64,000 nt of DNA from Promethearchaeota archaeon (GCA_019058445.1 JAHPZA010000004.1:64001-128000); one strand, 5' to 3'; positions 40,214-49,587 are shown, counted from the stretch's first letter. Notes: generated by a model from the letters alone, not told the origin. Made by a program: numbers and translations.

Positions 40214-41470
40214 TTATGAATTATGTTTTTCATTATATTCGTTCACTGCTTCCAACGCTGCGACGATATTCTCAGGAGGGACATCAGGTAATATATTATG
40301 GATGGCATTCCAAACATAACCTCCCCCAGGTGCGAAAATTTCAAGCAATTCTTTCACATGTGTTTTGACTTCTTCAGGAGATTTACGATTAAAGATAAAA
40401 CGAGTATCAACACCCCCACCCCAAAACGTAATATCATCTCCAAAATTTTCCTTCAAATATTTCGGGTCCATATCTCTTGCGCTAATTTGAACAGGATTAA
40501 GAATGTCAATTCCACATTCAATTAGATCAGGTAAAAGTTTTACAATAGACCCGCACGAATGGAAGAAAATCTTCATAGAACTATGTTTTTTTACATAATC
40601 ACATAATTCTTGATGTCCTCTTTTGAAAAATTTCCTGTAAGTTTTAAGGCTAATCATTGGTCCTTTATTTTCTCCTAAATCATCTCCAAAAGTAATAATA
40701 TCAAGCACATCCCCAAGATATTTACACACTACTTTTAAAGCGTTAATATAAAATTCGATCTGTAAATCAACAAATTTTACTACCTTTGTTGGATTTCGAA
40801 TTGTATCTATGAGAAACTTATCCATTCTTCTAAAAGAATGAGTTCCTTGAAATATATTCGTAGTAAGACATAAAATTATTATTTTATTTGTTTCTTGACG
40901 CAGTTTAATCACGTTGTCTCTTAAATTTTTCCAAAACCTTTTCTCACCCATATTACTAAGAGGGGGAATAACACCCTTGGCCCATAGATTTTTATCTAAA
41001 GCTTGTATGTAGGATTGTAAGTCAAATTTTTCAGGATATTTTTCCAGCCAAGGATAATAAGTTTGATCCATAACAAGAGAATCCTTTGACATTCTTCCAA
41101 TAATAGTGCCATCGGAATGAATCAGTTCGAAAGAACCATCGGGATTGTGCCTCGGTGAAAGATAAACAGGAAATTGTGCCTTAATGCCATGCAACTCAAC
41201 ATCATACCAATCTTTATCTTCTGTAAGATAAGCTGAACCTATATCAATTGCATCAATACCGAAACGTTCAATAAACCAATCTTCGACCCGAGCCAATTGT
41301 TGAACCATATCATATACCCGAACATATCCTTCTTTTATTCCCAAATAATTTTTTAAATTGTTATATGCGATTGCTGAAATCCCTGTCATATTAGTTGACC
41401 CGATATCAACAGGAACTCTATCAGGTTCTTTATGATTAATACTAGCAAGTATTCTTTCTCTAGAATTAAT
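40214..41470 (-). CDS. Uroporphyrinogen decarboxylase / MtaA-CmuA methyltransferase family protein (copy 1)
   Basis: FFHSCG, LNPVQ, FWGGGVDT, HNILPDVPPENI. The family N-terminus (I)NSRERILASINHKEPDRVP starts at ATT 41470. Confidence 0.88.
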   Translation of the reverse strand: MNSRERILASINHKEPDRVPVDIGSTNMTGISAIAYNNLKNYLGIKEGYVRVYDMVQQLARVEDWFIERFGIDAIDIGSAYLTEDKDWYDVELHGIKAQFPVYLSPRHNPDGSFELIHSDGTIIGRMSKDSLVMDQTYYPWLEKYPEKFDLQSYIQALDKNLWAKGVIPPLSNMGEKRFWKNLRDNVIKLRQETNKIIILCLTTNIFQGTHSFRRMDKFLIDTIRNPTKVVKFVDLQIEFYINALKVVCKYLGDVLDIITFGDDLGENKGPMISLKTYRKFFKRGHQELCDYVKKHSSMKIFFHSCGSIVKLLPDLIECGIDILNPVQISARDMDPKYLKENFGDDITFWGGGVDTRFIFNRKSPEEVKTHVKELLEIFAPGGGYVWNAIHNILPDVPPENIVAALEAVNEYNEKHNS

Positions 41471-41607
41471 TTTTTACACCCAATTTATTTTATATTATAA
41501 GTATAAAATTATTGATAAAATTTAATTTTGGACCTGTTAAATACAATTTTCTTCTGATGATTTGTAGTATACTATTGAATTAATAAAGAATATTAATCAA
41601 AAAATTC

Positions 41608-41635
41608 ATGGATTCAAATCCCACTTCTCCCATTT
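41608..41635 (+). repeat. tRNA-Pro 3' remnant 4 (most degenerate)
   Basis: ATGGATTCAAATCCCACTTCTCCCATTT; 22/28 identical to 34836-34863. Confidence 0.65.
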
Positions 41636-41686
41636 AAGAATTATGGAATTACAATAGAAAAATTCACTTTTTTAAAACATATTAAA

Positions 41687-42937
41687 CTAATTTTCTGTAT
41701 TATATTCATCCACAGCTTCCAACGCTGCGATAATATTCTCAGGAGGGACATCAGGTAATATATTGTGGATAGCATTCCATACATAACCACCTCCAGGAGC
41801 AAAAATTTCAAGTAATTCTTTGACATGTTTTTTAACTTGCTCGGGTGATTTCCGATTGAGAATATTACGAGTGTCCGCTCCGCCTCCCCAAAAAGTAATC
41901 TCATCCCCAAAAGTTTCTTTTAGATATTTTGGATCCATACCTTTTGCGCTAATTTGAATAGGGTTTAGGATATCTATTCCACATTCTATAAAATCCGGAA
42001 TTAATTTCACGACTGATCCGCAAGAATGAAAAAATATCTTCATTGAACTGTGTTTTTTTATATATTGACATAATTCTTCATTTCCTCGTTTGAAAAATTT
42101 TCGGTACGTTTCAGGATTGATTATTGGCCCATTATTTTCGCCAAAGTCATCACCAAGAGTAATTATATCCACAACATCTCCCACATATTTACATATAACT
42201 TTAAGAGCATTAATAAAAAATTCAATTTGAAGATCAACGAGTTTTTCTATTTTAGATGGTTTTTGTTTAATATCGAGGACAGTTTTGTCCATCCCCCTAA
42301 TACCATGAATGCCCTCGAAAACCCCTGCTCCAAAATGCAAGATGACTGCTTTTTGAGTTTTTTCACGTAGTTGGATAGCATTATCTCTTAATTTACGCCA
42401 AAATCTCTTCTCTCCCATATTGCTAAAGGGTGGAATCATACATTGTGATCCAACATTATTATCGAATGCATTTAATAATGATTGGAAGTTTAAATTCTCG
42501 GGATACCCCTCACCAAATGGATAATAAGTCTGGTGTATGTATAACGTGTCTTTAGACATGTTCCCTAATATTGTTCCATCAGAATGAATAACTTCGATAG
42601 AATCATCGGGGTTGTGTCTGGGTTGAAAATAAGTAGGGAATTGTGCCTTAATGCCATGCAGTTTAACATCGTACCAATCTTTATCTTCTGTAAGATAAGC
42701 GGAACCTAAATCAATCACATCAATTCCAAAACGTTCGATAAACCAATCCTCAACGCGAGCTAATTGTTGTATGAGGTCATATATTCGAACATTTCCTTCT
42801 TTGATATTTAAATAGTTTTTTAAATTATAGTAGGCTATTGCCGAAATCCCAGTGATTGGAGTAGATCCAATATCTACTGGAACGCGATCTGGTTCCTTAT
42901 GATTAATAGCGGTCAATACACGCTCTCTAGAATAAAT
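41687..42937 (-). CDS. Uroporphyrinogen decarboxylase / MtaA-CmuA methyltransferase family protein (copy 2)
   Basis: Same motifs as copy 1; N-terminus (I)YSRERVLTAINHKEPDRVP from ATT 42937. Confidence 0.88.
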   Translation of the reverse strand: MYSRERVLTAINHKEPDRVPVDIGSTPITGISAIAYYNLKNYLNIKEGNVRIYDLIQQLARVEDWFIERFGIDVIDLGSAYLTEDKDWYDVKLHGIKAQFPTYFQPRHNPDDSIEVIHSDGTILGNMSKDTLYIHQTYYPFGEGYPENLNFQSLLNAFDNNVGSQCMIPPFSNMGEKRFWRKLRDNAIQLREKTQKAVILHFGAGVFEGIHGIRGMDKTVLDIKQKPSKIEKLVDLQIEFFINALKVICKYVGDVVDIITLGDDFGENNGPIINPETYRKFFKRGNEELCQYIKKHSSMKIFFHSCGSVVKLIPDFIECGIDILNPIQISAKGMDPKYLKETFGDEITFWGGGADTRNILNRKSPEQVKKHVKELLEIFAPGGGYVWNAIHNILPDVPPENIIAALEAVDEYNTEN

Positions 42938-43133
42938 CTTTCCATCACTATATCGAATTCATCTAATCTGTTACTAATTAAGTATTATATATCATTTCTA
43001 AACTCTTACATAAAACAGAGGGGAATGTCGTAGGACTATAAATTACTTTTCTCGCAGTATCTAGGTTTTTTTTACTGACGGTTTTCATTAACTACCCAAA
43101 TGATATTAAAATCAAACTAGGAGGTTATTAACA

Positions 43134-43343
43134 ATTAGTCAAATAGAACTTATACAAGATGATGAGTGGGCAAATGATTGGAATACGATTGTGGAATTAT
43201 TTGATGTGATTAACAAGTTGAAAGAATTATTTTCTCGATTAGATGTTCCGTATCTCCGAGAAGTAGAGCAGAGAATCTTGAAATTACATCTGGAAAAATA
43301 TGTATGTTCTCTTCAAAATTATATCATTGAGAAGTATTCTTAA
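43134..43343 (+). CDS. Small helical protein missed by the ORF track (69 aa, ATT start)
   Basis: GGAGGT at 43120-43125, then ATT 43134; (M)SQIELIQDDEWANDWNTIVELFDVINKLKELFSRLDVPYLREVEQRILKLHLEKYVCSLQNYIIEKYS; fills an otherwise empty gap. Confidence 0.7.
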   Translation: MSQIELIQDDEWANDWNTIVELFDVINKLKELFSRLDVPYLREVEQRILKLHLEKYVCSLQNYIIEKYS

Positions 43344-43457
43344 GCGTTGTGCAAAATCATTTGTTTTATATTAGTAGCATTGAACTCATAAAGAGAAAAT
43401 AATAATTTTTAAAAGAGTTTAGCACTATCTAGAAACTAATAATTAAATTTAATTATC

Positions 43458-44177
43458 GTGATAATTTTGAATCTATTTCTTTTCTGGACTTATATATTAA
43501 CTATCTTAATACTTATTATAGTTATTTTAGTTATTATCCTTGCTTGGAGGGCTTATTTTCCAAGAAAATGGTTATACCTTCTTATATTTTCATTTACGGC
43601 TATAATCGGGGGTCTTATAATACTACTCATAGCAGAGCTAGAAGCACCTTATAATTCAAATTTTTATATTAATCCTTTCTTATACTTAATTTATTTTGGG
43701 TTAACAGGATGTTCAATGTTTACTATTTATCTTTTAGTCCTTGAAATTCACTTCAAACACCTTAAAATATTATTGGTTATGGGCCGCATTTTATTCGTGA
43801 TAATACTCGTTTTCCTTATCCTTAGTTTAATTCTTATGTTATTAATTGAATTTTTAAGGTATCCATGGATAGCGTATATAGTATTTGAAGTCGTTTACGT
43901 GCTTGGTATTATAGCTTATTTTTTGTTGGCTGTTGGAAGCTTTTCACATGTAACATCTGACCGTTTAGAGCAAGATGTGCGTCGTGGATTGACATTGGTT
44001 GGAATATTTAGCTTGGGATTTGCGTTTGGTCTTACTATATTAGCAATGGATATATTATATGTGGATTTTTCCATTGCGCTTCATCCTTCGGTATCTATTT
44101 TTTGGTTATTGTGGATTAGTATTGTATCTATTATCTTTTTATTAATGGTTCGGCGAGCAATTATCTTAATTACATAA
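43458..44177 (+). CDS. Polytopic (about 7 TM) membrane protein
   Basis: Seven hydrophobic segments. Confidence 0.7.
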   Translation: MIILNLFLFWTYILTILILIIVILVIILAWRAYFPRKWLYLLIFSFTAIIGGLIILLIAELEAPYNSNFYINPFLYLIYFGLTGCSMFTIYLLVLEIHFKHLKILLVMGRILFVIILVFLILSLILMLLIEFLRYPWIAYIVFEVVYVLGIIAYFLLAVGSFSHVTSDRLEQDVRRGLTLVGIFSLGFAFGLTILAMDILYVDFSIALHPSVSIFWLLWISIVSIIFLLMVRRAIILIT

Positions 44178-44234
44178 TAAAGTCTACTTTTAACCATCTA
44201 TTACTTTTTTATTTGAAAATTAGCTTATCACTAT

Positions 44235-45311
44235 CTAAAAGCATTTATTCGGGGCATCAGGATTATAGAAGCATTTTGGATCAGAGGCAGTGATATCTCC
44301 TAAAAAGATATGTGCATTTGCCCGGCATCCATAACACACAAGTTTAGAAACGCAAGTTGCACAAGGTCCTTTTACATTAAATTTAAGCAAGAGATTTTTT
44401 TTCGATCTTTTAATAATTTTAAGAATATCTTCTTCGTATATATTTCCTTCTGATAAATCAGGAAGAAGTAAGCATGGTACCACACTTCCATCAGCAAGAA
44501 CTGCTAAGTGAGACTGACAAGCATATTTGCCATCTGAGCATCCTACTAGCAGCATGTGCTTTCCCTCAACGTCCGCTCTATGGCGAAATGCTTTTTCTAT
44601 CTGTGTTAAAGTAGGTTCCCATACAGAACCCTCATTTTTTGCTAGGCCTAGAGGTCTAAAAACTGCTATGGCAACATGCTTAGCACCTTTAGAATAAAAC
44701 CAATCCATAAGCTCATTTATAGATTCCGCATTTTGACTTGTTAGAGTCGGGCATCCATATATTCGATCCGGGGGAAATCCCTCATCTAGGAGTGCTTGGT
44801 ACCCCTCAATCTTAGATTTTAATGAGTACGGCAAGCTGTTTACTTGGTTATAGATCTCTTGATTAAGACTATCTATATGCATTCCAAGAATGAATTCCTG
44901 ACCATTTGCTTTAGCTAATTCACTAGCCTCTACTAACCACTTAGCCTTTTGATTTGAAATCAACCCAGCGAGTGGCATATACATATGAAAACCTTCTTGA
45001 ATACCGTAAAAAACCATGTCTTTACATTTAGGATGAATAAGTTGATCTCCACCATAGAGATAAACGACTTGCACTCCAAGTTTTTTTATTTCAAGAATTT
45101 CTTGGAATTTTTCGAAAGATAAATTATCATTCGGAAGGGTTTCAGCATCTAAGGAACTAGCATAACAATACATGCAACCACCAGCACACCTTTGATTTAT
45201 TTCTATATTTACACAAACCGGATTTCCCTTATTATAAACTTTAACAAACTCTTTTCTGGTAAAAAGGTCTAATGGGGGATTTTCTCTAGATCCATGTTTT
45301 TTCTTAAACAA
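44235..45311 (-). CDS. Radical SAM protein with SPASM domain
   Basis: CAGGCMYC; C-terminal C...G.V.PC...GN...CATC...CYGCRA...DP.C. Confidence 0.92.
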   Translation of the reverse strand: MFKKKHGSRENPPLDLFTRKEFVKVYNKGNPVCVNIEINQRCAGGCMYCYASSLDAETLPNDNLSFEKFQEILEIKKLGVQVVYLYGGDQLIHPKCKDMVFYGIQEGFHMYMPLAGLISNQKAKWLVEASELAKANGQEFILGMHIDSLNQEIYNQVNSLPYSLKSKIEGYQALLDEGFPPDRIYGCPTLTSQNAESINELMDWFYSKGAKHVAIAVFRPLGLAKNEGSVWEPTLTQIEKAFRHRADVEGKHMLLVGCSDGKYACQSHLAVLADGSVVPCLLLPDLSEGNIYEEDILKIIKRSKKNLLLKFNVKGPCATCVSKLVCYGCRANAHIFLGDITASDPKCFYNPDAPNKCF

Positions 45312-45338
45312 AAATAACTCATCTCTGGTTTTAAAAAT

Positions 45339-46778
45339 TCAAAAAGGTTTATCAGGTTTTGACAATTCATCCTCATAGTCTTCGAAAAACCAGTTAATCT
45401 CATTTTGAAAGAAAAATCTTTCTCTCAAAACATCATAATGCGATTTTCCTCTTAGACTAGTTAATTTTGCAATATCTTCAGAAAGGATTTTATCTTCATT
45501 CACTAAATCCATTCGGCATTTAAATTGATCAACCATCTTTATTGGTCTTAGAATTATGTTAATTGCATTTGAGATCTTTCTCATTATTTTTTGAAATTCC
45601 ATTTTATTAATATATTGTATTTCTTGATTTTCAACGAAAAAATCGTTAACTTGCTTTAATATTTCAGCCATTTTATAATAATTTATAGTTTCTTCGGGAT
45701 TTAGAACTTCAGATAAATAATTAATAATTTTTTTAATAATCCTTGGTTCAATACTTTTTTTTGTCATGCCTTTGTCTAATTTTGCTAAAAATTGTGTTTT
45801 TAGAAATTCTTTATATTTTATTATAATTGCACGGTTTTCTCTTCGATCACTACATACTTCTACTATTTCTCCTCGAGGAGTAGAATAGGTAAAACCATGA
45901 CCTTGAGGTCCAAGCCCCCCTAACAATACCATTGATAAGCTGTAGTAATTATAGTGATTTTTATAGTCCAATATTTTATTATAATTTTTTAAAATATTAC
46001 TTATTGAGACTAGATGCGTTTTTCTTCCAAATTCAAATTGAATTAATTTCATTTCGTTCTTCTGGGGATCATTTTTTATCGGTGAATAATGTTTTTCAAA
46101 GCATTTTATAAAATCTTCAATATTTCCTAATTTTTGCACACTGAGACCATATATTGAGTACCTATCGAAAAATATTTTTAAAGAACTCAAATTATATTCA
46201 GTTCTGAATAAATACTCCTCATCAGTAAAAGTTGATGAATTATTGAGATAAATCAAATAAAGATCATATGGCATTATCTTACATGAATACCATATTAGTG
46301 CATCTGAAACTTTACCAAACAGATCTTTTAGATTTGCAATGAGCGCCTTATCATTTTGTCTGATATAGTTTATTAAATCCGATTCATTTTCAGTAAACTC
46401 CCGATCAAATAAGTTAAATTCATTAAATAATCTAATTATCTCAAAAATATTTCCTATTTGACCATATTGTATACCAGAGAGATGTAAATCAGAAATAATT
46501 TTAAATCGGTTTGGAATTCTTTTTACATCAATAAAAATTTCTAATTTATCACTTAATTTGAATAATTTCCTGAATTTTTCAAATTTTCTCGAAGCTAAAA
46601 AATTAGAGAGCGCAAAATAATAATTTTTTTCAATCTGTTCTTTAAATTTATCAAACATCATTGAGGAGAACCGTGAACTTGGATCTTCTTGGATAAAACG
46701 TTCAAAAAAGTCGCTGATTTTAAATGATTCATTTGATCTCAATGATTCAACGATCTCTAAAAATTGTTCTGAAAGCAT
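45339..46778 (-). CDS. Hypothetical protein
   Basis: 479-aa ORF with a conserved-looking block MVLLGGLGPQGHGFTYSTPRGEIVEVCSD. Confidence 0.75.
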   Translation of the reverse strand: MLSEQFLEIVESLRSNESFKISDFFERFIQEDPSSRFSSMMFDKFKEQIEKNYYFALSNFLASRKFEKFRKLFKLSDKLEIFIDVKRIPNRFKIISDLHLSGIQYGQIGNIFEIIRLFNEFNLFDREFTENESDLINYIRQNDKALIANLKDLFGKVSDALIWYSCKIMPYDLYLIYLNNSSTFTDEEYLFRTEYNLSSLKIFFDRYSIYGLSVQKLGNIEDFIKCFEKHYSPIKNDPQKNEMKLIQFEFGRKTHLVSISNILKNYNKILDYKNHYNYYSLSMVLLGGLGPQGHGFTYSTPRGEIVEVCSDRRENRAIIIKYKEFLKTQFLAKLDKGMTKKSIEPRIIKKIINYLSEVLNPEETINYYKMAEILKQVNDFFVENQEIQYINKMEFQKIMRKISNAINIILRPIKMVDQFKCRMDLVNEDKILSEDIAKLTSLRGKSHYDVLRERFFFQNEINWFFEDYEDELSKPDKPF

Positions 46779-46922
46779 AATTAGACAATATTATATATAC
46801 AAGTATTATAATATAACTATTTCTAATAAAAATAAAGTGGTTTAGGATGTTCTTTAAGATTTTATTTAGACTCCTTTATAATTTTTTAATCGCATAAGAA
46901 TTCTATTATAATGATTACTCTT

Positions 46923-47336
46923 TTAGTATGCCATAGAATCTTCAGGATAAAATACTGCTGGACGCCATTCAATTGGAGTAGAATAGGTGTGAATTGTAAT
47001 ATCTGCACGTTCTGGTTGGAATCTATACTTCCTTCTAGCTCGAGATGTAGATTTTCTCGAACTAGGAATATAACAGCCTAAAAGGCATGTAAGATCGTAG
47101 GTATCGTTTATTAAAGCATCAAAAAACGGCTTATTTCTGGTTTTTGGTAAGTATCCTAATTTATGATTTTGATGCCAAACACTCACAGCATACCTATCAT
47201 ATTTATTGTTAGGTTCAGGTTGCAGTTCTAGTATAGTTTTGAGGGGTAATTTAAATATATATTTACCATTACCAGTATAATAAATACCCACGATTTGAAG
47301 ATGATAATCTTGATTATACTCTAATTTATCGACCAT
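46923..47336 (-). CDS. HIRAN-domain protein with C-terminal IEWRP...PED tag
   Basis: IVGIYY, LELQPEPNNKYDRYAVSV...KLGYLPK (HIRAN signature); ends IEWRPAVFYPEDSMAY. Confidence 0.85.
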   Translation of the reverse strand: MVDKLEYNQDYHLQIVGIYYTGNGKYIFKLPLKTILELQPEPNNKYDRYAVSVWHQNHKLGYLPKTRNKPFFDALINDTYDLTCLLGCYIPSSRKSTSRARRKYRFQPERADITIHTYSTPIEWRPAVFYPEDSMAY

Positions 47337-47518
47337 GGCATAGCTAAAAACTTCATAACTAATATAAAAATTACATAAGAGAGGGAATTTTTTAAAACAC
47401 GAAAGAGATACGAAAGAATAAAAGTCAAGATAAAATCATATCATTTACTAAATATTAAAAATTAATATTTAAAAGTAAATTGGTTGTAACGTCAAAAATA
47501 TAATTAGGTGAAACAAAA

Positions 47519-48013
47519 ATGAAAGTATTAGTTAGTTACCTCTCCCAAACTGGAAATACTAAGAAGATTGCTGAAGCAATATTTGAGGAAATCAAGACCG
47601 AAAAAGAACTGAAACCACTTAAAGAAGTTAATAGTCTTGAAGGATACGATTTTGCTTTTATTGGATTTCCAGTTCACGGTTTTGGACCAACTAAAAATGC
47701 AGCAGATTTTATTAAAAAGCATGCTACAGATAAGAAAATAGCTTTATTTATTACCCATGCTATGCCACCGGATAATGAAATGCTGCTAGGTTTGTTAAAT
47801 AAATGCAAAAAACCAGCGAATAAAGCAGATTTAGTGGGATTTTATAATTGTCAAGGGGAGTTAGCTGAAAAAGTGGCACAAATGTTAATGAAAAGTGGAA
47901 ATCCTCAAATGGAAGAATTTGGAAAAATGCGTGATATGACTGCAGGACATCCAAATGCAGAAGAAATAGAAAAAGCTCGTGTTTTTGCTAAAGAAACAAT
48001 TGAAAAACTCTAG
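47519..48013 (+). CDS. Flavodoxin family protein
   Basis: YLSQTGNTKKIAEAI, ALFITH, GHP. Confidence 0.9.
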   Translation: MKVLVSYLSQTGNTKKIAEAIFEEIKTEKELKPLKEVNSLEGYDFAFIGFPVHGFGPTKNAADFIKKHATDKKIALFITHAMPPDNEMLLGLLNKCKKPANKADLVGFYNCQGELAEKVAQMLMKSGNPQMEEFGKMRDMTAGHPNAEEIEKARVFAKETIEKL

Positions 48014-48044
48014 TAATCATTAAATTATTTTTCTATTATTTATT

Positions 48045-48932
48045 TTAATCCTTACAAATTCTTTCTAAGATTGCATTCTCTATTAAAGTGGTATCTTCCC
48101 AATTCCTTACGACAAACCTTAAATTACAATCTTTAATATCTTTACGAGTTTTTATTCGCGTATACATATTATAAATTTCTGAAAGATTTTTTGCATAGAG
48201 AAATAAAATTATTGAAGGAGATACAGAACCTGCATTCCTCCAGTATTTAATATTCTCTTCTTTTTTTATTTTGTAATAAATATCTTTTGATGGGCTATGG
48301 GTTTCTATTGCTAAAACTCCTGAAATCATACCGGATATTGCTTCAAAATTAATTTTTGTAACAAATTGGGCTAATTTCATGTTTTCCATTCGTTGAAGCC
48401 TCCTCGAAACCGTTTTTTCGCTAAGATTTAGTTCGGGGCCTATTTTTGAATGAGGAGCTCTACTATTTTTATACAAATAATGGATAATTCTCCAGTCGTT
48501 GAGAGAAAATGGGTAATCAGCAGATAAATGCATTCTTGATTCGCTATATCCCTTTAATTCCACATTCAATTCAAGTATTCTATTTAAAACCTTTTCAAGA
48601 TGGATTGAATTTTTGATAAAGAACGGGAATGTTATAGTTCCATCTAGTAATTCCCATGCTTCCGTAATTTCAGGAATTTTCTGCAGCCTTGTAAACAAAT
48701 TCTCTTGAGGTACATTTTGAATAGGGCTACAAGATCCTATGTATAGTCTATATCCTAATCGAGTATAGTTAAAAACGACAGAAAAATATTTAATCACACC
48801 ACTTTCTAGTAAAGAACTAACTCTATTAGAAACTGAACGAACTGTTAGATTTAATTTATTCGCAATTTCAATATATGGAGTTCGGCACTTCCGGTCTAAT
48901 AACCTTAATATTTTAAAGTCAAGCTCATCCAA
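48045..48932 (-). CDS. Lrp/AsnC-family regulator with tandem HTH-RAM modules
   Basis: MDELDFKILRLL..CRTPY..IA and a second NDWRIIHYLYKNSRAP HTH. Confidence 0.85.
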   Translation of the reverse strand: MDELDFKILRLLDRKCRTPYIEIANKLNLTVRSVSNRVSSLLESGVIKYFSVVFNYTRLGYRLYIGSCSPIQNVPQENLFTRLQKIPEITEAWELLDGTITFPFFIKNSIHLEKVLNRILELNVELKGYSESRMHLSADYPFSLNDWRIIHYLYKNSRAPHSKIGPELNLSEKTVSRRLQRMENMKLAQFVTKINFEAISGMISGVLAIETHSPSKDIYYKIKKEENIKYWRNAGSVSPSIILFLYAKNLSEIYNMYTRIKTRKDIKDCNLRFVVRNWEDTTLIENAILERICKD

Positions 48933-49104
48933 TTTTAAAACGTCCCCTTTTTTTACTTTTACTATAAATTTAGTACATTTTACTTAAATATCCTTGTAAG
49001 TTTTAACTAATTAAGTTGACATTAAAAAATAAATCATATCGCACTCTATTGTATATTAATTAATTTCCAATATTATTTTAAAGATTTTAAGGATTTGGAG
49101 AAAT

Positions 49105-49587
49105 TTGAAAGAGAAATATACGATAAATAAAAAGAATGCATTTATTGGAATGATCATTGTCATGTTAGTATCTATGATAATTGGAAACATCTTATATTTA
49201 AATCCTTTAGTAGCAGGAATTTATAAAAAACATGCCAATCATCCTTCAGTAAAAAATATGAATGAGTTTGGTGGAATTATTAACTGGATTTTACTTACCT
49301 TATTATTTGGAATCTTTTATGATGTACTTATAATTGGTATCTATATATTATTTTATGAAAGTATTCCAAAAGAAAAGTGGCAAAAAGGGCTTATCTATGG
49401 GACTATCATTGCATTTATAAAAGCGGTGCCAGAAGCTTTTAATCAATATATGATATTCAATTATCCAACAATATTAATCTTGATACAGCTGTTTAATACG
49501 ATGATTGGAATAATCCTCTCCGGAATAATTCTAGCTGTTGTTTTTGATAAATTAAAAGTTTTTGAATATTGTAAAGTGGAAGTCTAA
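49105..49587 (+). CDS. Four-TM membrane protein
   Basis: Four hydrophobic segments; KGLIYG motif. Confidence 0.7.
   Translation: MKEKYTINKKNAFIGMIIVMLVSMIIGNILYLNPLVAGIYKKHANHPSVKNMNEFGGIINWILLTLLFGIFYDVLIIGIYILFYESIPKEKWQKGLIYGTIIAFIKAVPEAFNQYMIFNYPTILILIQLFNTMIGIILSGIILAVVFDKLKVFEYCKVEV

Larger units (their letters stand above)
34861..41635. mobile_element. Tandem cassette array / composite island anchored at tRNA-Pro (4 segments, no integrase)
   Basis: Four direct-repeat copies of the tRNA 3' end, ending at about 37298, 38148, 38980 and 41635. Confidence 0.7.

Noticed and set aside
34728-41635. tRNA-end repeats as a CRISPR array or as extra/split tRNA genes
   Set aside because: Spacing is 0.8-2.6 kb with genes in between and no cas genes. 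The copies lack 5' halves, carry stem-breaking changes and show no complementary leader for trans-splicing.
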